Shown here: one piece after another, positions 12,808 through 25,003 of the stretch | Numbering within the stretch: position 1 is the first letter of the stretch | Layout of the letters: each line of letters begins with the position of its first letter | NCBI RefSeq assembly: GCF_013122565.1 | Contig: NZ_CP053258.1 | Direction: 5' to 3' (one strand) | DNA length: 64,000 nucleotides | DNA from: Escherichia coli | Lineage (GTDB): Bacteria; Pseudomonadota; Gammaproteobacteria; Enterobacterales; Enterobacteriaceae | Program-made: the position numbers and the translations under genes | Notes under the pieces: model-generated | What the model was told of the DNA's origin: nothing | Database searches by the model: none | Seen by the model: only the letters and a program-made list of their open reading frames with translations

Positions 12808-13015
12808 AATTTTTCCTGAAGGTTGCGCTATCAAAACGCAAAAATGTTAACGAACTGGGATTTTAGTTAACCTTGCTGCGACAATTTTTGATTTAAGGCA
12901 GTTAAAGTTGTATTGGTGGTAGCAGCAATTTCATATGGAATTGTTGATTTATACCGCTATGTTATTTTTCTGATATGGCAAAATAGGATGATTGTTGAAA
13001 CAGGGAGTAAAACTC

Positions 13016-13540
13016 GTGTTGGATAAACTGCGTTCCCGTATTGTGCATTTGGGGCCATCTCTGTTGAGTGTACCGGTAAAACTGACGCCATTTGCGCTAA
13101 AACGCCAGGTTCTTGAGCAGGTCTTAAGCTGGCAATTCCGCCAGGCGCTGGATGATGGCGAGCTGGAGTTTCTTGAAGGCCGCTGGTTAAGTATTCATGT
13201 GCGTGATATTGACCTGCAATGGTTTACCTCGGTGGTGAATGGCAAACTGGTGGTCAGCCAGAACGCGCAAGCTGATGTGAGTTTTAGTGCCGACGCCAGC
13301 GATCTGCTGATGATTGCGGCGCGTAAACAAGATCCGGATACGCTCTTCTTCCAGCGTCGGCTGGTGATTGAAGGCGATACGGAGCTGGGGCTGTATGTGA
13401 AAAACCTGATGGACGCCATTGAACTGGAGCAAATGCCGAAAGCCTTACGCATGATGCTGCTGCAACTGGCGGATTTTGTTGAGGCGGGAATGAAAACCGC
13501 GCCTGAAACCAAACAGACATCGGTAGGTGAACCATGCTAA
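13016..13540 (+). CDS. ubiT: SCP2-domain protein UbiT (YhbT), probable GTG start (174 aa)
   Basis: GTG at 13016 preceded by cagggag; translation (M)LDKLRSRIVHLGPSLLSVPVKLTPFALKRQ…; divergent from ubiU. Confidence 0.8.
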   Translation: MLDKLRSRIVHLGPSLLSVPVKLTPFALKRQVLEQVLSWQFRQALDDGELEFLEGRWLSIHVRDIDLQWFTSVVNGKLVVSQNAQADVSFSADASDLLMIAARKQDPDTLFFQRRLVIEGDTELGLYVKNLMDAIELEQMPKALRMMLLQLADFVEAGMKTAPETKQTSVGEPC

Positions 13541-14037
13541 TTCGAGTAGAAATTCCCATTGATGCGCCGGGTATTGATGCCCTGCTGCGTCGCTCATTCG
13601 AAAGTGATGCGGAAGCGAAGCTGGTTCACGATCTGCGTGAAGATGGCTTTCTGACGCTGGGGCTGGTGGCGACAGATGACGAAGGTCAGGTCATTGGCTA
13701 TGTGGCATTTAGTCCGGTTGATGTGCAGGGCGAAGACCTGCAATGGGTCGGCATGGCACCGTTGGCGGTTGATGAAAAATACCGTGGACAGGGGCTGGCA
13801 CGCCAACTGGTCTATGAAGGACTCGATTCGCTTAATGAGTTCGGCTATGCCGCAGTGGTGACGCTGGGCGATCCGGCGCTGTACAGCCGTTTTGGCTTTG
13901 AACTGGCGGCACATCACGACCTGCGTTGCCGCTGGCCAGGCACTGAAAGCGCCTTCCAGGTACATCGTTTAGCGGATGACGCGTTGAATGGCGTAACTGG
14001 TCTGGTTGAGTATCACGAGCATTTCAATCGCTTTTAA
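13534..14037 (+). CDS. yhbS: GNAT-family N-acetyltransferase YhbS (167 aa)
   Basis: Track ORF; 7-nt overlap with ubiT; synteny. Confidence 0.9.
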
Positions 14038-14326
14038 TCTCCGGGGTTTGCAGACTGCTTAACAGCTCTGCAAACCCTGCGCCTTCCGCTACCAGACGCT
14101 CTTTTTGCCGTTTGGTCAGTTGCTTAACGCGATATTCCGCCCGTAACGCCAGCGAACGATCGCCCACTGGTGCAGAAAACGCCAGCGTCAGTTCTCCTTT
14201 CCCGCGCAGTGCTTTCGCCCCTTTGCCGCTTTGGTGCTGCTGATAGCGGCGTTCGACATCCGTGGTGATCCCGGTATAAAGCTTATTGTCGGCGGTACGG
14301 ATCAAGTAAAGAAACCAGGGTGTCAT
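14024..14326 (-). CDS. yhbQ: GIY-YIG nuclease-superfamily protein YhbQ (100 aa)
   Basis: Track ORF; translation [31 protein letters not shown]…. Confidence 0.9.
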
Positions 14327-14376
14327 CGTCTGCGTCGCATGTTAAGGTCAGGCCCACAGTATAAAAGAGAACAGCA

Positions 14377-14799
14377 ATGGAAACACTCATCACCATCAGC
14401 CGTTGGTTGGCAAAACAACATGTTGTCACCTGGTGTGTGCAGCAGGAAGGGGAACTCTGGTGCGCTAATGCTTTTTATCTTTTTGATGCGCAGAAAGTCG
14501 CCTTCTACATTTTGACGGAAGAAAAAACGCGCCACGCGCAGATGAGTGGGCCGCAGGCTGCGGTTGCCGGAACGGTAAACGGTCAGCCGAAAACGGTAGC
14601 GTTAATTCGCGGCGTGCAGTTTAAAGGTGAGATCCGCAGGCTGGAAGGTGAGGAAAGCGACCTCGCGCGCCAGGCGTACAATCGTCGCTTTCCGGTTGCC
14701 AGAATGCTGTCGGCCCCGGTGTGGGAAATCCGGCTCGATGAAATCAAATTCACCGACAACACGCTGGGCTTTGGTAAAAAAATGATTTGGCTACGCGAC

Positions 14800-14820
<21 letters not shown>
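14377..14820 (+). CDS. yhbP: UPF0306 protein YhbP (147 aa)
   Basis: Track ORF; synteny. Confidence 0.9.
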
Positions 14821-15354
<534 letters not shown>

Positions 15355-15355
15355 A

Positions 15356-16081
<726 letters not shown>

Positions 16082-16153
16082 TTATTCCCAAGAATTGATA
16101 GTGAGCGTAATATTCACGCGCTCAATTATCATAACTTATTCCTGGGGAATGCT

Positions 16154-17194
16154 ATGACTGGTCAGTCTTCATCTCAGGCGGCAACGCCCATTCAGTGGTG
16201 GAAACCCGCGCTTTTCTTTCTCGTTGTCATTGCCGGTCTCTGGTATGTGAAATGGCAACCTTACTACGGCAAAGCGTTTACTGCTGCCGAAACCCACAGT
16301 ATCGGTAAATCTATCCTTGCGCAGGCGGATGCTAATCCATGGCAGGCGGCGTTGGATTACGCGATGATCTATTTCCTCGCGGTATGGAAAGCGGCGGTGC
16401 TGGGGGTGATCCTCGGTTCGTTGATTCAGGTGCTGATCCCGCGTGACTGGTTGTTGCGTACGCTTGGGCAATCGCGCTTTCGCGGCACGCTGCTGGGAAC
16501 GCTGTTTTCGCTGCCGGGCATGATGTGTACCTGCTGTGCGGCTCCGGTTGCGGCGGGAATGCGTCGCCAACAGGTGTCGATGGGCGGTGCGCTGGCATTC
16601 TGGATGGGCAATCCGTTGTTAAACCCGGCAACGCTGGTATTTATGGGCTTTGTCCTCGGCTGGGGTTTTGCCGCAATTCGTCTGGTGGCGGGGCTGGTGA
16701 TGGTGTTGCTGATTGCGACCCTGGTGCAAAAATGGGTGCGTGAAACAGCGCAAACGCAGGCACCGGTCGAAATTGACATACCGGAAGCACAGGGCGGGTT
16801 TTTTAGCCGCTGGGGCAGGGCGTTATGGACGCTTTTCTGGAGTACGATCCCGGTTTACATCCTTGCAGTACTGGTGTTGGGTGCCGCTCGCGTCTGGTTA
16901 TTCCCCCATGCCGATGGTGCTGTCGATAACAGCCTGATGTGGGTGGTGGCGATGGCGGTGGCAGGATGCTTGTTTGTCATTCCCACGGCAGCAGAAATTC
17001 CGATTGTACAAACGATGATGCTGGCAGGTATGGGAACTGCTCCGGCGCTGGCATTGTTGATGACGCTCCCGGCGGTGAGTTTGCCGTCACTGATTATGCT
17101 GCGCAAAGCGTTCCCGGCGAAAGCCTTATGGCTGACGGGGGCGATGGTGGCAGTGTCTGGTGTGATTGTCGGCGGGCTGGCGCTGTTGGCCTAA
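16154..17194 (+). CDS. yraQ: Predicted permease YraQ (346 aa)
   Basis: Track ORF; polytopic membrane protein; synteny. Confidence 0.9.
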   Translation: MTGQSSSQAATPIQWWKPALFFLVVIAGLWYVKWQPYYGKAFTAAETHSIGKSILAQADANPWQAALDYAMIYFLAVWKAAVLGVILGSLIQVLIPRDWLLRTLGQSRFRGTLLGTLFSLPGMMCTCCAAPVAAGMRRQQVSMGGALAFWMGNPLLNPATLVFMGFVLGWGFAAIRLVAGLVMVLLIATLVQKWVRETAQTQAPVEIDIPEAQGGFFSRWGRALWTLFWSTIPVYILAVLVLGAARVWLFPHADGAVDNSLMWVVAMAVAGCLFVIPTAAEIPIVQTMMLAGMGTAPALALLMTLPAVSLPSLIMLRKAFPAKALWLTGAMVAVSGVIVGGLALLA

Positions 17195-17309
17195 CATGTT
17201 GGATGCTCTTGAATACAGCACTGGACGGTCCCCTCTCCCCTTTGGGGAGAGGGTGAGGGGAACAGGTCGGCTAAGATGTGAATATTTACTTCAACGACCG
17301 ATCAATGGC

Positions 17310-17885
17310 TTATTTAATAAACGTAAACGCCGTAGTTACCCGCTTCACGCCGCTCACCCGGCTGGCAATATCTGCCGCCGCTTTCGCTTCACGTTCAGTC
17401 ACCAGCCCCATCAGGAACACTTCACCGTTTTCGGTGGTCACTTTCACGTTGGACGATTTCACCAGGTCGCTGGTTAAGAGCTGCGAACGCACTTTGGTGG
17501 TGATCCACGTATCGTTAGACGCTTCGCCCAGACCAATCGGCTGGCCCTGACGAATCTCGTTATACACTTCGTTGGCACCGTCTACGCCCATAGCAATCTG
17601 TTTGGCGCGAGCCGAAAGTTCAGCGTTTGGTGACTGCCCAACCAGCAGCACTTTGCCCTGATAGGCTGTTACATTAATGCGCGCTTCTTTCTTAATTTGT
17701 TCGTCTTTCGACAATGCGCTGTTCACGCGCACTTCCAGGGTACCATCGTCCACCTGGGTGCCGACACTGCGTGGGTCAGTTGCGGCTTTGGTACCCACAG
17801 CAGCGGTACCCACTACGGCAGCGGCAACACAACCTTGCAACAGCAGCGCGGAAATAAGGACTGCGATTGGCGATAATGCCTTCAT
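17310..17885 (-). CDS. dolP: Outer-membrane lipoprotein DolP (YraP), dual BON domains (191 aa)
   Basis: Track ORF; signal peptide with lipobox LLLQGC; synteny with diaA. Confidence 0.9.
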   Translation of the reverse strand: MKALSPIAVLISALLLQGCVAAAVVGTAAVGTKAATDPRSVGTQVDDGTLEVRVNSALSKDEQIKKEARINVTAYQGKVLLVGQSPNAELSARAKQIAMGVDGANEVYNEIRQGQPIGLGEASNDTWITTKVRSQLLTSDLVKSSNVKVTTENGEVFLMGLVTEREAKAAADIASRVSGVKRVTTAFTFIK

Positions 17886-17894
17886 GTATTCTCC

Positions 17895-18485
17895 TTAATC
17901 ATCCTGGTGAGGGAAAAGCGTGTTATCGATCAGATCGCACAGGCAATTTACCGTCAGCATATGCATTTCCTGAATGCGAGCACTGCGATGCGAAGGGATG
18001 CGGATCTCCACATCCTGTGGCCCTAACAAACCTGCAAGTTCACCGCCGTCATAGCCGGTCAATGCCACAATGGTCATATCACGCGTAACGGCAGCTTCTA
18101 CCGCTTTTACAATATCGCGGCTGTTGCCACGGGTGGAAATGGCTAACAATACATCTCCCGCATGACCCAGCGCCCGCACCTGTTTTGCATACACTTCATC
18201 ATGTAAGCGATCGTTGGCAATCGCCGTTAAGACAACATTATCAGTATTTAGTGCAATGGCAGGTAAGCTGGGCCGCTCCGTTTCGAAACGGTTGATCATG
18301 CTGGCAGCAAAATGCTGTGCATTGGCAGCGGAAGTTCCATTACCACAACAGAGGATTTTGTTGCCATTGAGCAGAGACTGAACCAGCGTTATGGCCGCAC
18401 GGGAGATGGCATCCGGAAGCGCCTCTGCCGCCGCAATTTGAGTTTGAATGCTTTCAGTGAAGCAAGCTTTAATTCTTTCTTGCAC
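17895..18485 (-). CDS. diaA: DnaA initiator-associating protein DiaA (196 aa, SIS domain)
   Basis: Track ORF; translation [31 protein letters not shown]…. Confidence 0.92.
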   Translation of the reverse strand: MQERIKACFTESIQTQIAAAEALPDAISRAAITLVQSLLNGNKILCCGNGTSAANAQHFAASMINRFETERPSLPAIALNTDNVVLTAIANDRLHDEVYAKQVRALGHAGDVLLAISTRGNSRDIVKAVEAAVTRDMTIVALTGYDGGELAGLLGPQDVEIRIPSHRSARIQEMHMLTVNCLCDLIDNTLFPHQDD

Positions 18486-18504
18486 GCTAATCCTTAAACC
18501 TTAA

Positions 18505-18900
18505 TTATGAGTGGTCATTAAAGGCATCCTTAATCCACTCAACCTCATTCCCGGTGAAGGCTACCACATCGAACCGGCAATCCACAGTATCAAAACTCCC
18601 ATTATGACGCGCGAGCCACAAGCGGGCAGTCTGTAATAATTTGTGTTGTTTGCTGCGGGTCACACTGGCTGCCGCGCCGCCATAAAGCGCAGAGCGGCGA
18701 TAACGTACCTCGACAAAAACGGTGATCCGGCCTTCACGCATTATCAGATCGATCTCACCGCCACGCTCATTCACGTTAGCGGCGATAAACCGCAGTCCTT
18801 TGCCTTCCAGCCAGCGACGCGCTTGTACTTCCCACGCATCGCCGGTCTGTTTGGTGGTTAACTGGCGGGGACTACCTGACCTTGTTGGTACTGTAGCCAT
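18505..18900 (-). CDS. yraN: UPF0102 protein YraN (131 aa)
   Basis: Track ORF; synteny. Confidence 0.9.
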   Translation of the reverse strand: MATVPTRSGSPRQLTTKQTGDAWEVQARRWLEGKGLRFIAANVNERGGEIDLIMREGRITVFVEVRYRRSALYGGAAASVTRSKQHKLLQTARLWLARHNGSFDTVDCRFDVVAFTGNEVEWIKDAFNDHS

Positions 18901-20885
18901 GATAACTTCCTGTTAATCACGCAATCCGGGTTAGCCGTCAGGCTTCCGGTATTGCCGTTGATTTCAAAACCCTGAACCTGGCGCATTTGTGAGAAATGAT
19001 TTGCCAGCGACCAGGCATCGACGCCCATCGCATACATGCGAGCCAGTGAATAATCGTTATTCACCGCGCTGAGTGCCTGCTGCATTAACGGTAGATTACC
19101 GCCTGCCAGCATCGGGATTTCGCTGTACTGCAAGCCTTCCATCTCCAGACGGAAATCCGGGCCAGCGGTCCCTTGCGCACTGCGGGAGCTGGCGTACAGC
19201 GTTGCACCGCTCTGGCTACCGTTACGCATGGCGATCATCGGTTTGATAAAAGCGATTTCACCCGGCGTTGCCACAATGTACACCGCATCGACACGACCGC
19301 CATTATTGGTGAACTGGTCATCGGTTGGCGTGGTTTGCAGCGTTGGATTGTTGGTCGTCATGCCGGAGTCGGTTGTCGCTCTGGGAGTAATCGGGCTACC
19401 CGTTAAAGCGATACCAGAACCGCCGTTAACACCCGCGCGTAATTCGCTGGTGGAACCAAATTTTTGTTGCAGAACGGTGCCGCCGCCCAGTTTCTGCCAC
19501 TCTTGCGCAAACGCATTGGCTACGCGATCGCCCAATGAACTGCGTGGGATCAGCACCAGCGGCGCTTGTTTACCCTGGTCACGAATATGACGCGCTGCAT
19601 CGCGCGCTTCGTCTTCCGGCGAAAGCGCGAAGTAACAAATATTGACGCGGTTTTCGATATTCTCCGGCTGGTTCAGTGCCAGCACGTTCAGCGGGGTGTT
19701 GCTCTTAAGCAACTCTTCAACGTTATTTTTCAGCAACGGACCGACCATAATACTTGCACCATCCTGCTGAACCTGGCTTAAGATCTGGCTAAGTGGTTGT
19801 GATGAGGTATCGTAGATTTTTAGCTCTGCGGATGGATTTGCGGGTGCGCTTACCGCTGCGGTGCTTGTCGCCGGGGCGCTTACAGGCACCGGCTGGGCCG
19901 CAGGCTGTTCACCGGTCAGATCGCTAACCGAGGCTTGTGCCGGGCTGGCAACGCCATCCACGGTTTGCGGTTGAGGTTGTTCTGCTACGTCTGCGGCAGC
20001 TACCTGAGCCGCCACTGGCTGAGTGCCGATATTTTTCGCCGCTTCAAAGCCTTGCTGAATAGTGCGACCAAATACCGCTGCCTGGCCATTCAGTGGCAAC
20101 AGCAGGGCGATTTTGTTGGTTGATGCTGGTTTAAACGCTTTTACGTTAACCAACTGCGTGGGCAGCATTTTCGCGCCCGGGTTGTTCGGATAACGTTTCT
20201 GCCAGTCGGCGATCCCGGCTTTCATCATGTCGGGATCGTTACGGTTATCAAACCAGACGCGCTGCAGATCCAGCCAGCCTTGCAGAATATTTTCGTCGGC
20301 GTTGATCACCAGCGTATTCGCCTGTTCCTGAGTCATGGAGGAGAGCGCCTGCCAGGTGGCGTCAATATTCTGCTGCTTTTCTTTCGCGCCGAGCAGCGGT
20401 TCCTGAGCAATTAACGCACGCAGTAAATCAATGGAAGGACGCCCCTGGCTGGCATCGATTTTTGCCTGCCAGTAACGCGCTTGCTGGTTTTGTTCTAAAT
20501 CGGCAGGTGTGATTTTCGCCAGCAAGTTTTGCGCGCCAGCAAAATCTTTCTGTACCAGTTTAATCTCTACCGCCAGCAGTGTTTTCTCGCGGCGCTGAGC
20601 ATCGTTCAGTTCTTGCGGTAGTTGGTTAAACAACTCCACCGCCTGCCCGGTTTTACCTTCTTTCACCAGTGCACGAATGGCGAGTAATTGCCAGTTGATC
20701 CTGGTATCATCAGAGCTTTGCTGCATCTGCTGAAGATAAAAGGCAGAATCAGCCTGCGCCGTGCCCTGCATATAAGCAGTGGACTGATCGGGAGTATGGG
20801 TGCCACAACCGGCGAAAATCAGGGCTGCCAGAACAACAGGCAGACAACGCGCGGCTTTCAAACGAGAAAATGTTGAGGGTACCAT
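18858..20885 (-). CDS. lpoA: Penicillin-binding protein activator LpoA (675 aa)
   Basis: Track ORF; lipobox AGCGT; TPR-like N-terminal domain and Ala/Pro/Gln-rich linker; overlaps the yraN start as in K-12. Confidence 0.9.
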   Translation of the reverse strand: MVPSTFSRLKAARCLPVVLAALIFAGCGTHTPDQSTAYMQGTAQADSAFYLQQMQQSSDDTRINWQLLAIRALVKEGKTGQAVELFNQLPQELNDAQRREKTLLAVEIKLVQKDFAGAQNLLAKITPADLEQNQQARYWQAKIDASQGRPSIDLLRALIAQEPLLGAKEKQQNIDATWQALSSMTQEQANTLVINADENILQGWLDLQRVWFDNRNDPDMMKAGIADWQKRYPNNPGAKMLPTQLVNVKAFKPASTNKIALLLPLNGQAAVFGRTIQQGFEAAKNIGTQPVAAQVAAADVAEQPQPQTVDGVASPAQASVSDLTGEQPAAQPVPVSAPATSTAAVSAPANPSAELKIYDTSSQPLSQILSQVQQDGASIMVGPLLKNNVEELLKSNTPLNVLALNQPENIENRVNICYFALSPEDEARDAARHIRDQGKQAPLVLIPRSSLGDRVANAFAQEWQKLGGGTVLQQKFGSTSELRAGVNGGSGIALTGSPITPRATTDSGMTTNNPTLQTTPTDDQFTNNGGRVDAVYIVATPGEIAFIKPMIAMRNGSQSGATLYASSRSAQGTAGPDFRLEMEGLQYSEIPMLAGGNLPLMQQALSAVNNDYSLARMYAMGVDAWSLANHFSQMRQVQGFEINGNTGSLTANPDCVINRKLSWLQYQQGQVVPAS

Positions 20886-20948
20886 AATGTATCCAGTGAT
20901 ATTTTTTTACGCAATGCTCAATATTAAATCGGCAATACGGACGACACA

Positions 20949-21812
20949 ATGAAACAACACCAATCGGCGGATAATTCTCAGGGCCAGCTTTACATCGTAC
21001 CAACACCAATCGGCAATCTGGCGGATATCACCCAGCGTGCGTTAGAGGTATTACAGGCCGTTGATCTGATTGCCGCCGAGGATACTCGTCACACCGGTTT
21101 ATTGCTGCAACATTTTGGGATTAATGCCCGGTTGTTTGCACTGCACGACCATAACGAACAACAAAAAGCCGAAACGCTGCTGGCGAAGCTGCAAGAGGGG
21201 CAAAACATTGCGCTGGTTTCCGATGCCGGAACGCCGCTAATTAACGATCCTGGCTACCATCTGGTGCGTACCTGCCGTGAAGCGGGGATTCGCGTGGTGC
21301 CGCTACCCGGGCCGTGTGCTGCTATCACTGCGTTAAGCGCCGCAGGTTTACCCTCTGACCGTTTCTGTTACGAAGGCTTTTTACCTGCCAAATCAAAAGG
21401 CCGCCGTGATGCGCTAAAAGCCATTGAAGCGGAGCCGCGCACGCTGATTTTTTATGAATCTACCCACCGTCTGTTAGATAGCCTGGAAGATATCGTTGCG
21501 GTATTAGGCGAATCCCGCTACGTAGTTCTGGCGCGTGAGCTCACCAAAACCTGGGAAACCATTCACGGCGCGCCTGTTGGCGAGCTGCTGGCGTGGGTCA
21601 AAGAAGATGAAAACCGTCGCAAAGGCGAAATGGTGCTGATTGTCGAAGGCCATAAAGCGCAGGAAGATGACCTGCCTGCTGATGCCCTGCGCACGCTGGC
21701 GCTGCTACAGGCAGAACTGCCGCTGAAAAAAGCGGCGGCGCTAGCCGCAGAAATTCACGGCGTGAAGAAAAATGCGCTGTATAAGTATGCGTTGGAGCTG
21801 CAGGGAGAGTGA
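20949..21812 (+). CDS. rsmI: 16S rRNA 2'-O-ribose C1402 methyltransferase RsmI (287 aa)
   Basis: Track ORF; translation [50 protein letters not shown]…. Confidence 0.92.
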   Translation: MKQHQSADNSQGQLYIVPTPIGNLADITQRALEVLQAVDLIAAEDTRHTGLLLQHFGINARLFALHDHNEQQKAETLLAKLQEGQNIALVSDAGTPLINDPGYHLVRTCREAGIRVVPLPGPCAAITALSAAGLPSDRFCYEGFLPAKSKGRRDALKAIEAEPRTLIFYESTHRLLDSLEDIVAVLGESRYVVLARELTKTWETIHGAPVGELLAWVKEDENRRKGEMVLIVEGHKAQEDDLPADALRTLALLQAELPLKKAAALAAEIHGVKKNALYKYALELQGE

Positions 21813-21923
21813 TATCTCTCCGTGGCCCCGTTTGAAGAACCCAGGGGCCGCCTGCTAAACAATTAGTCTTTTTAGTGCATACCGCGCCGTAAATCCTCGC
21901 TCCGTGCGGACTGACCTCTTAAA

Positions 21924-22880
21924 TCAGGGGGCTAGTTGCGTGGTATAGTTGGCAGCGACCCAACGATAACCCTTGCTGTCGCTTTTAACATGCCCCAGGC
22001 CTGGGAATGAGATATGGGCTGCTGCCACCCAGTAACCACCCTGAGCCGCATGTTTTAATACTCGCTCACGGGTTTTTACCGCTTGCTGTTGATCCACATC
22101 GAAATGTATCGCCACGTGAGGATCCGGCATCTGCACTGCTTTGGCATGAATAATATCGCCCCACAACACTAGCGTCTGGCCTTCACTCTCCACTGTGTAC
22201 ATCACGCTACCAGGAGTATGGCCGGCCGTTGAGGTGGCTGCAATGCCTGCAATTACCGTTGCCGGTGCGATAAAGGTCTTCAGCTGACCTGCGTTGATCA
22301 CTGGGCGGATGGTCTGCTCCGATTCGACAAAGGTGTGCTTCTGACTATCTTCTACTTGCGAGGCATTCGCCGGATTAAGCCAGAAATCCGCATCTTTCTG
22401 CTCAACGAATACCTGGGCGTTAGGGAAAGCTGGTTTGCCCTGACGGGAGATGCCACCAGAGTGGTCGGCATGAATATGCGTCAGCAGCACGGCATCAATG
22501 GTTTCAGCCGGATAGCCAGCAGCTGCCAGGTTTTCAAGCAATTGGCCTCCATTGTTGCCAAACAGATCGCCCGCACCGGCATCAACCAACACGCGCTGCT
22601 GGCCATTATCAATAACAAATGCATTGATTGAAGTCTCCGTATGGGGTGTCAGTGAATCCTTTGCCAGTTGTTGGCGCAGTTTATCGGCAGGAATGTGGGT
22701 GAGTAATTTATCTAGCGGAATTGTCACCGTGCCGTCGGAGACAGCGGTAATACGTAGTTTGCCCAATATCATGCGGTAATAGCCCGGTGCTTGTGTATCA
22801 GGAGGGGGCACAGGTATAGGCGTTGCTAACGCATTTACGGAGAGTACCAGTGAGGTTACCAGAGTCAGCAAAAGTTTCAT
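21924..22880 (-). CDS. Secreted MBL-fold metallo-hydrolase (318 aa) with N-terminal signal peptide; substrate unknown
   Basis: Signal peptide MKLLLTLVTSLVLSVNALA; metal-binding HxHxDH motif (LLTHIHADHSGG) and downstream His residues; occupies the position of yraHIJK in K-12. Confidence 0.7.
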   Translation of the reverse strand: MKLLLTLVTSLVLSVNALATPIPVPPPDTQAPGYYRMILGKLRITAVSDGTVTIPLDKLLTHIPADKLRQQLAKDSLTPHTETSINAFVIDNGQQRVLVDAGAGDLFGNNGGQLLENLAAAGYPAETIDAVLLTHIHADHSGGISRQGKPAFPNAQVFVEQKDADFWLNPANASQVEDSQKHTFVESEQTIRPVINAGQLKTFIAPATVIAGIAATSTAGHTPGSVMYTVESEGQTLVLWGDIIHAKAVQMPDPHVAIHFDVDQQQAVKTRERVLKHAAQGGYWVAAAHISFPGLGHVKSDSKGYRWVAANYTTQLAP

Positions 22881-22961
22881 TCTATCCTCGATAAGTTCTG
22901 TTATTACAGTACGGGCACCAGTATCCTTTTGCGAATAACATCATTCAAATTGATTAATATA

Positions 22962-23906
22962 ATGAACTCTATCAGAGAAAATGATTTAAACCGGGTCGAC
23001 CTCAACCTGCTAATCGTGCTCCTGGTGCTACATCGAGAGGGGAGCGTTTCACGTGCAGCCAGCAAGTTACACTTGGGGCAGCCAGCAGTTAGTGGCGCGC
23101 TGGCACGGCTGAGAGAAATGTTTAACGACCCGTTATTTGTGCGCACGGCAAAGGGGATGGCACCGACACCACGTGCACAAGCTCTGGTTACGGCACTACT
23201 GCCGGTGATGGATCAAATGCAGCAGGTGATTTTTCAAAGGCCGGTTTTTACCCCAGAACAGGATCAGCATACGTTTCGCCTGGGGATGAGTGACTGGGTC
23301 GAACGCTGGCTGATGCCTGGAATGATGGCAGATATAGCCCAAATGGCACCCGGGATTCGCTTACAAGTCACGGCATCCGATCCTTTCCAGGATGGCGAAA
23401 AAGTGCAACAGGATAAGGTGGACGTAGCAATCTCCGTCGTGGAGCAGGTGCCCACCGGAGTGGAACGAGAAGTGATCACTCAAATGGGGTTTTGCACGAT
23501 GTGGCATCCGCTCCAGTTATCCCTCACTTCACCGTTAAGCCTTGATGTATATACTGAAACCGATCATCTTTTGGTCTCTTATCGCGGTGCCAGCAGTAGC
23601 TCTATCGATCTGATTTTGGCTGACTGCGGGCGTAAAAGGGAAGTGCGTTACGTCACGCCAAATTTCTCATCGTTACCGTTGATGTTGAGACAGATACCGG
23701 CTTTAGCGACCGTACCGCAGGGGCTGGCAGTAGGCTGGGTAGCCGATTATGGGTTGCAATTTGCCGATGTCCCACTCGAGGTTCCTGCTTTTACGCTCTC
23801 TCTACTCTGGAATAAGCGGCGTAATAATGATGAGGCGCTGCGCTGGTTACTGGAGAAATTACGCACACGAATGCAGGGCTGGGAGATGTTTTCAGAATGC
23901 GTTTGA
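22962..23906 (+). CDS. LysR-family transcriptional regulator, divergent from the MBL hydrolase gene
   Basis: N-terminal HTH (VDLNLLIVLLVLHREGSVSRAASKLHLGQPAVSGALARLRE) plus a LysR substrate-binding domain; ATG at 22962 within track ORF 22929..23906. Confidence 0.75.
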   Translation: MNSIRENDLNRVDLNLLIVLLVLHREGSVSRAASKLHLGQPAVSGALARLREMFNDPLFVRTAKGMAPTPRAQALVTALLPVMDQMQQVIFQRPVFTPEQDQHTFRLGMSDWVERWLMPGMMADIAQMAPGIRLQVTASDPFQDGEKVQQDKVDVAISVVEQVPTGVEREVITQMGFCTMWHPLQLSLTSPLSLDVYTETDHLLVSYRGASSSSIDLILADCGRKREVRYVTPNFSSLPLMLRQIPALATVPQGLAVGWVADYGLQFADVPLEVPAFTLSLLWNKRRNNDEALRWLLEKLRTRMQGWEMFSECV

Positions 23907-24235
23907 AAACGTAAAAATGTGAACAGGAAATAAGGGCTTGCTAAATTAAATAACTCCTGTCAGATAATTTAGCGTATAGGTGCAATCGTGCCCTAATGGC
24001 CGTTAAACATGTCTTGCAGCTAATTGGGTTAATAAGTATTTGAATCGCTTTTCAGGATTAGTGAGTCGTATGAGGGAGCTGTGCTCTGTCACCATGTACC
24101 TGATATTATGTATTTTTTGTCAACCTTTAGGTTTACATTGTGATGGAATAATAGCGGGGGACGATCAAACTGAACCGTAATGAAGTGCTCAAAAGACATG
24201 AGCACTTTTCTTATTTTTCCGGGCTAAGAGGGATG

Positions 24236-25003
24236 TTAATGACGACAAATCTCATCAATCATGCATGTGAAATGGTTATGCAGCCATAAAAATGAAGCCG
24301 GGATAGCGGTAGAGACTTTAGCCGTGAGAAAACGTTCTGTCGCATCCTGCTTTCCTTCGCCAGTCACCAGTAACAAAACTTCGCGGGCATTGAGAATATC
24401 TTTCAGGCCTAAGGTGATCCCACGTGTCACGGGGCGACCCGCGGTTTTTAACATCTCATGTTGCTGTGTTCTGGCATCAAGATGACTGATATGGCAGGCC
24501 GGTTGCAGGCTTTCTCCCGGTTCGTTCAGCCCAAGGTGACCGTTTTTCCCCAATCCGAGAACGCATAAATCCAGACCGCCTTTGCGCGCAATCAGGTTCG
24601 TTACCCGTTCGCACTCTGTCTCATTTATCTCTTCGGAGCGAAAGCTGATGAGCTGGTCTTCACGTAGCCCCAGCGGCTGCACGATATGCTGTTGCAGGAA
24701 AGTTTCGCAGGTGCCAGGCATCGTTAATGGCAGATCCACCCATTCGTCGAGCTTCACGAAGGTGAGCTGGCTGACATCAACCTGCTGCTGGTGGATTTTT
24801 TCTACCAGATAATGATACGTCAGTAATGGCGTCGCTCCGGTCGCCAGGCAAATCACGGCATCCGATTTACTACGGATCACGGCCAATAAATATTCGCTGG
24901 CACGTTCACTTAACGCCGTATAGTTTTCAACTTGCTGAAGGGTTTGCACAGGATGAAATTCCTTAAGTAAAGAGGCACCGCCAGAAGCAGTGCCTCGTTC
25001 CAT
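24236..25003 (-). CDS. agaI: Galactosamine-6-phosphate deaminase/isomerase AgaI
   Basis: Track ORF, NagB-like sequence; last gene of the agaS-kbaY-agaBCDI operon. Confidence 0.85.
   Translation of the reverse strand: MERGTASGGASLLKEFHPVQTLQQVENYTALSERASEYLLAVIRSKSDAVICLATGATPLLTYHYLVEKIHQQQVDVSQLTFVKLDEWVDLPLTMPGTCETFLQQHIVQPLGLREDQLISFRSEEINETECERVTNLIARKGGLDLCVLGLGKNGHLGLNEPGESLQPACHISHLDARTQQHEMLKTAGRPVTRGITLGLKDILNAREVLLLVTGEGKQDATERFLTAKVSTAIPASFLWLHNHFTCMIDEICRH

Noticed and set aside
18858-20885. lpoA being 675 aa rather than the roughly 678 aa remembered for K-12
   Set aside because: A small in-frame length difference in the low-complexity linker; within normal allelic variation and my memory of the reference length is imprecise.
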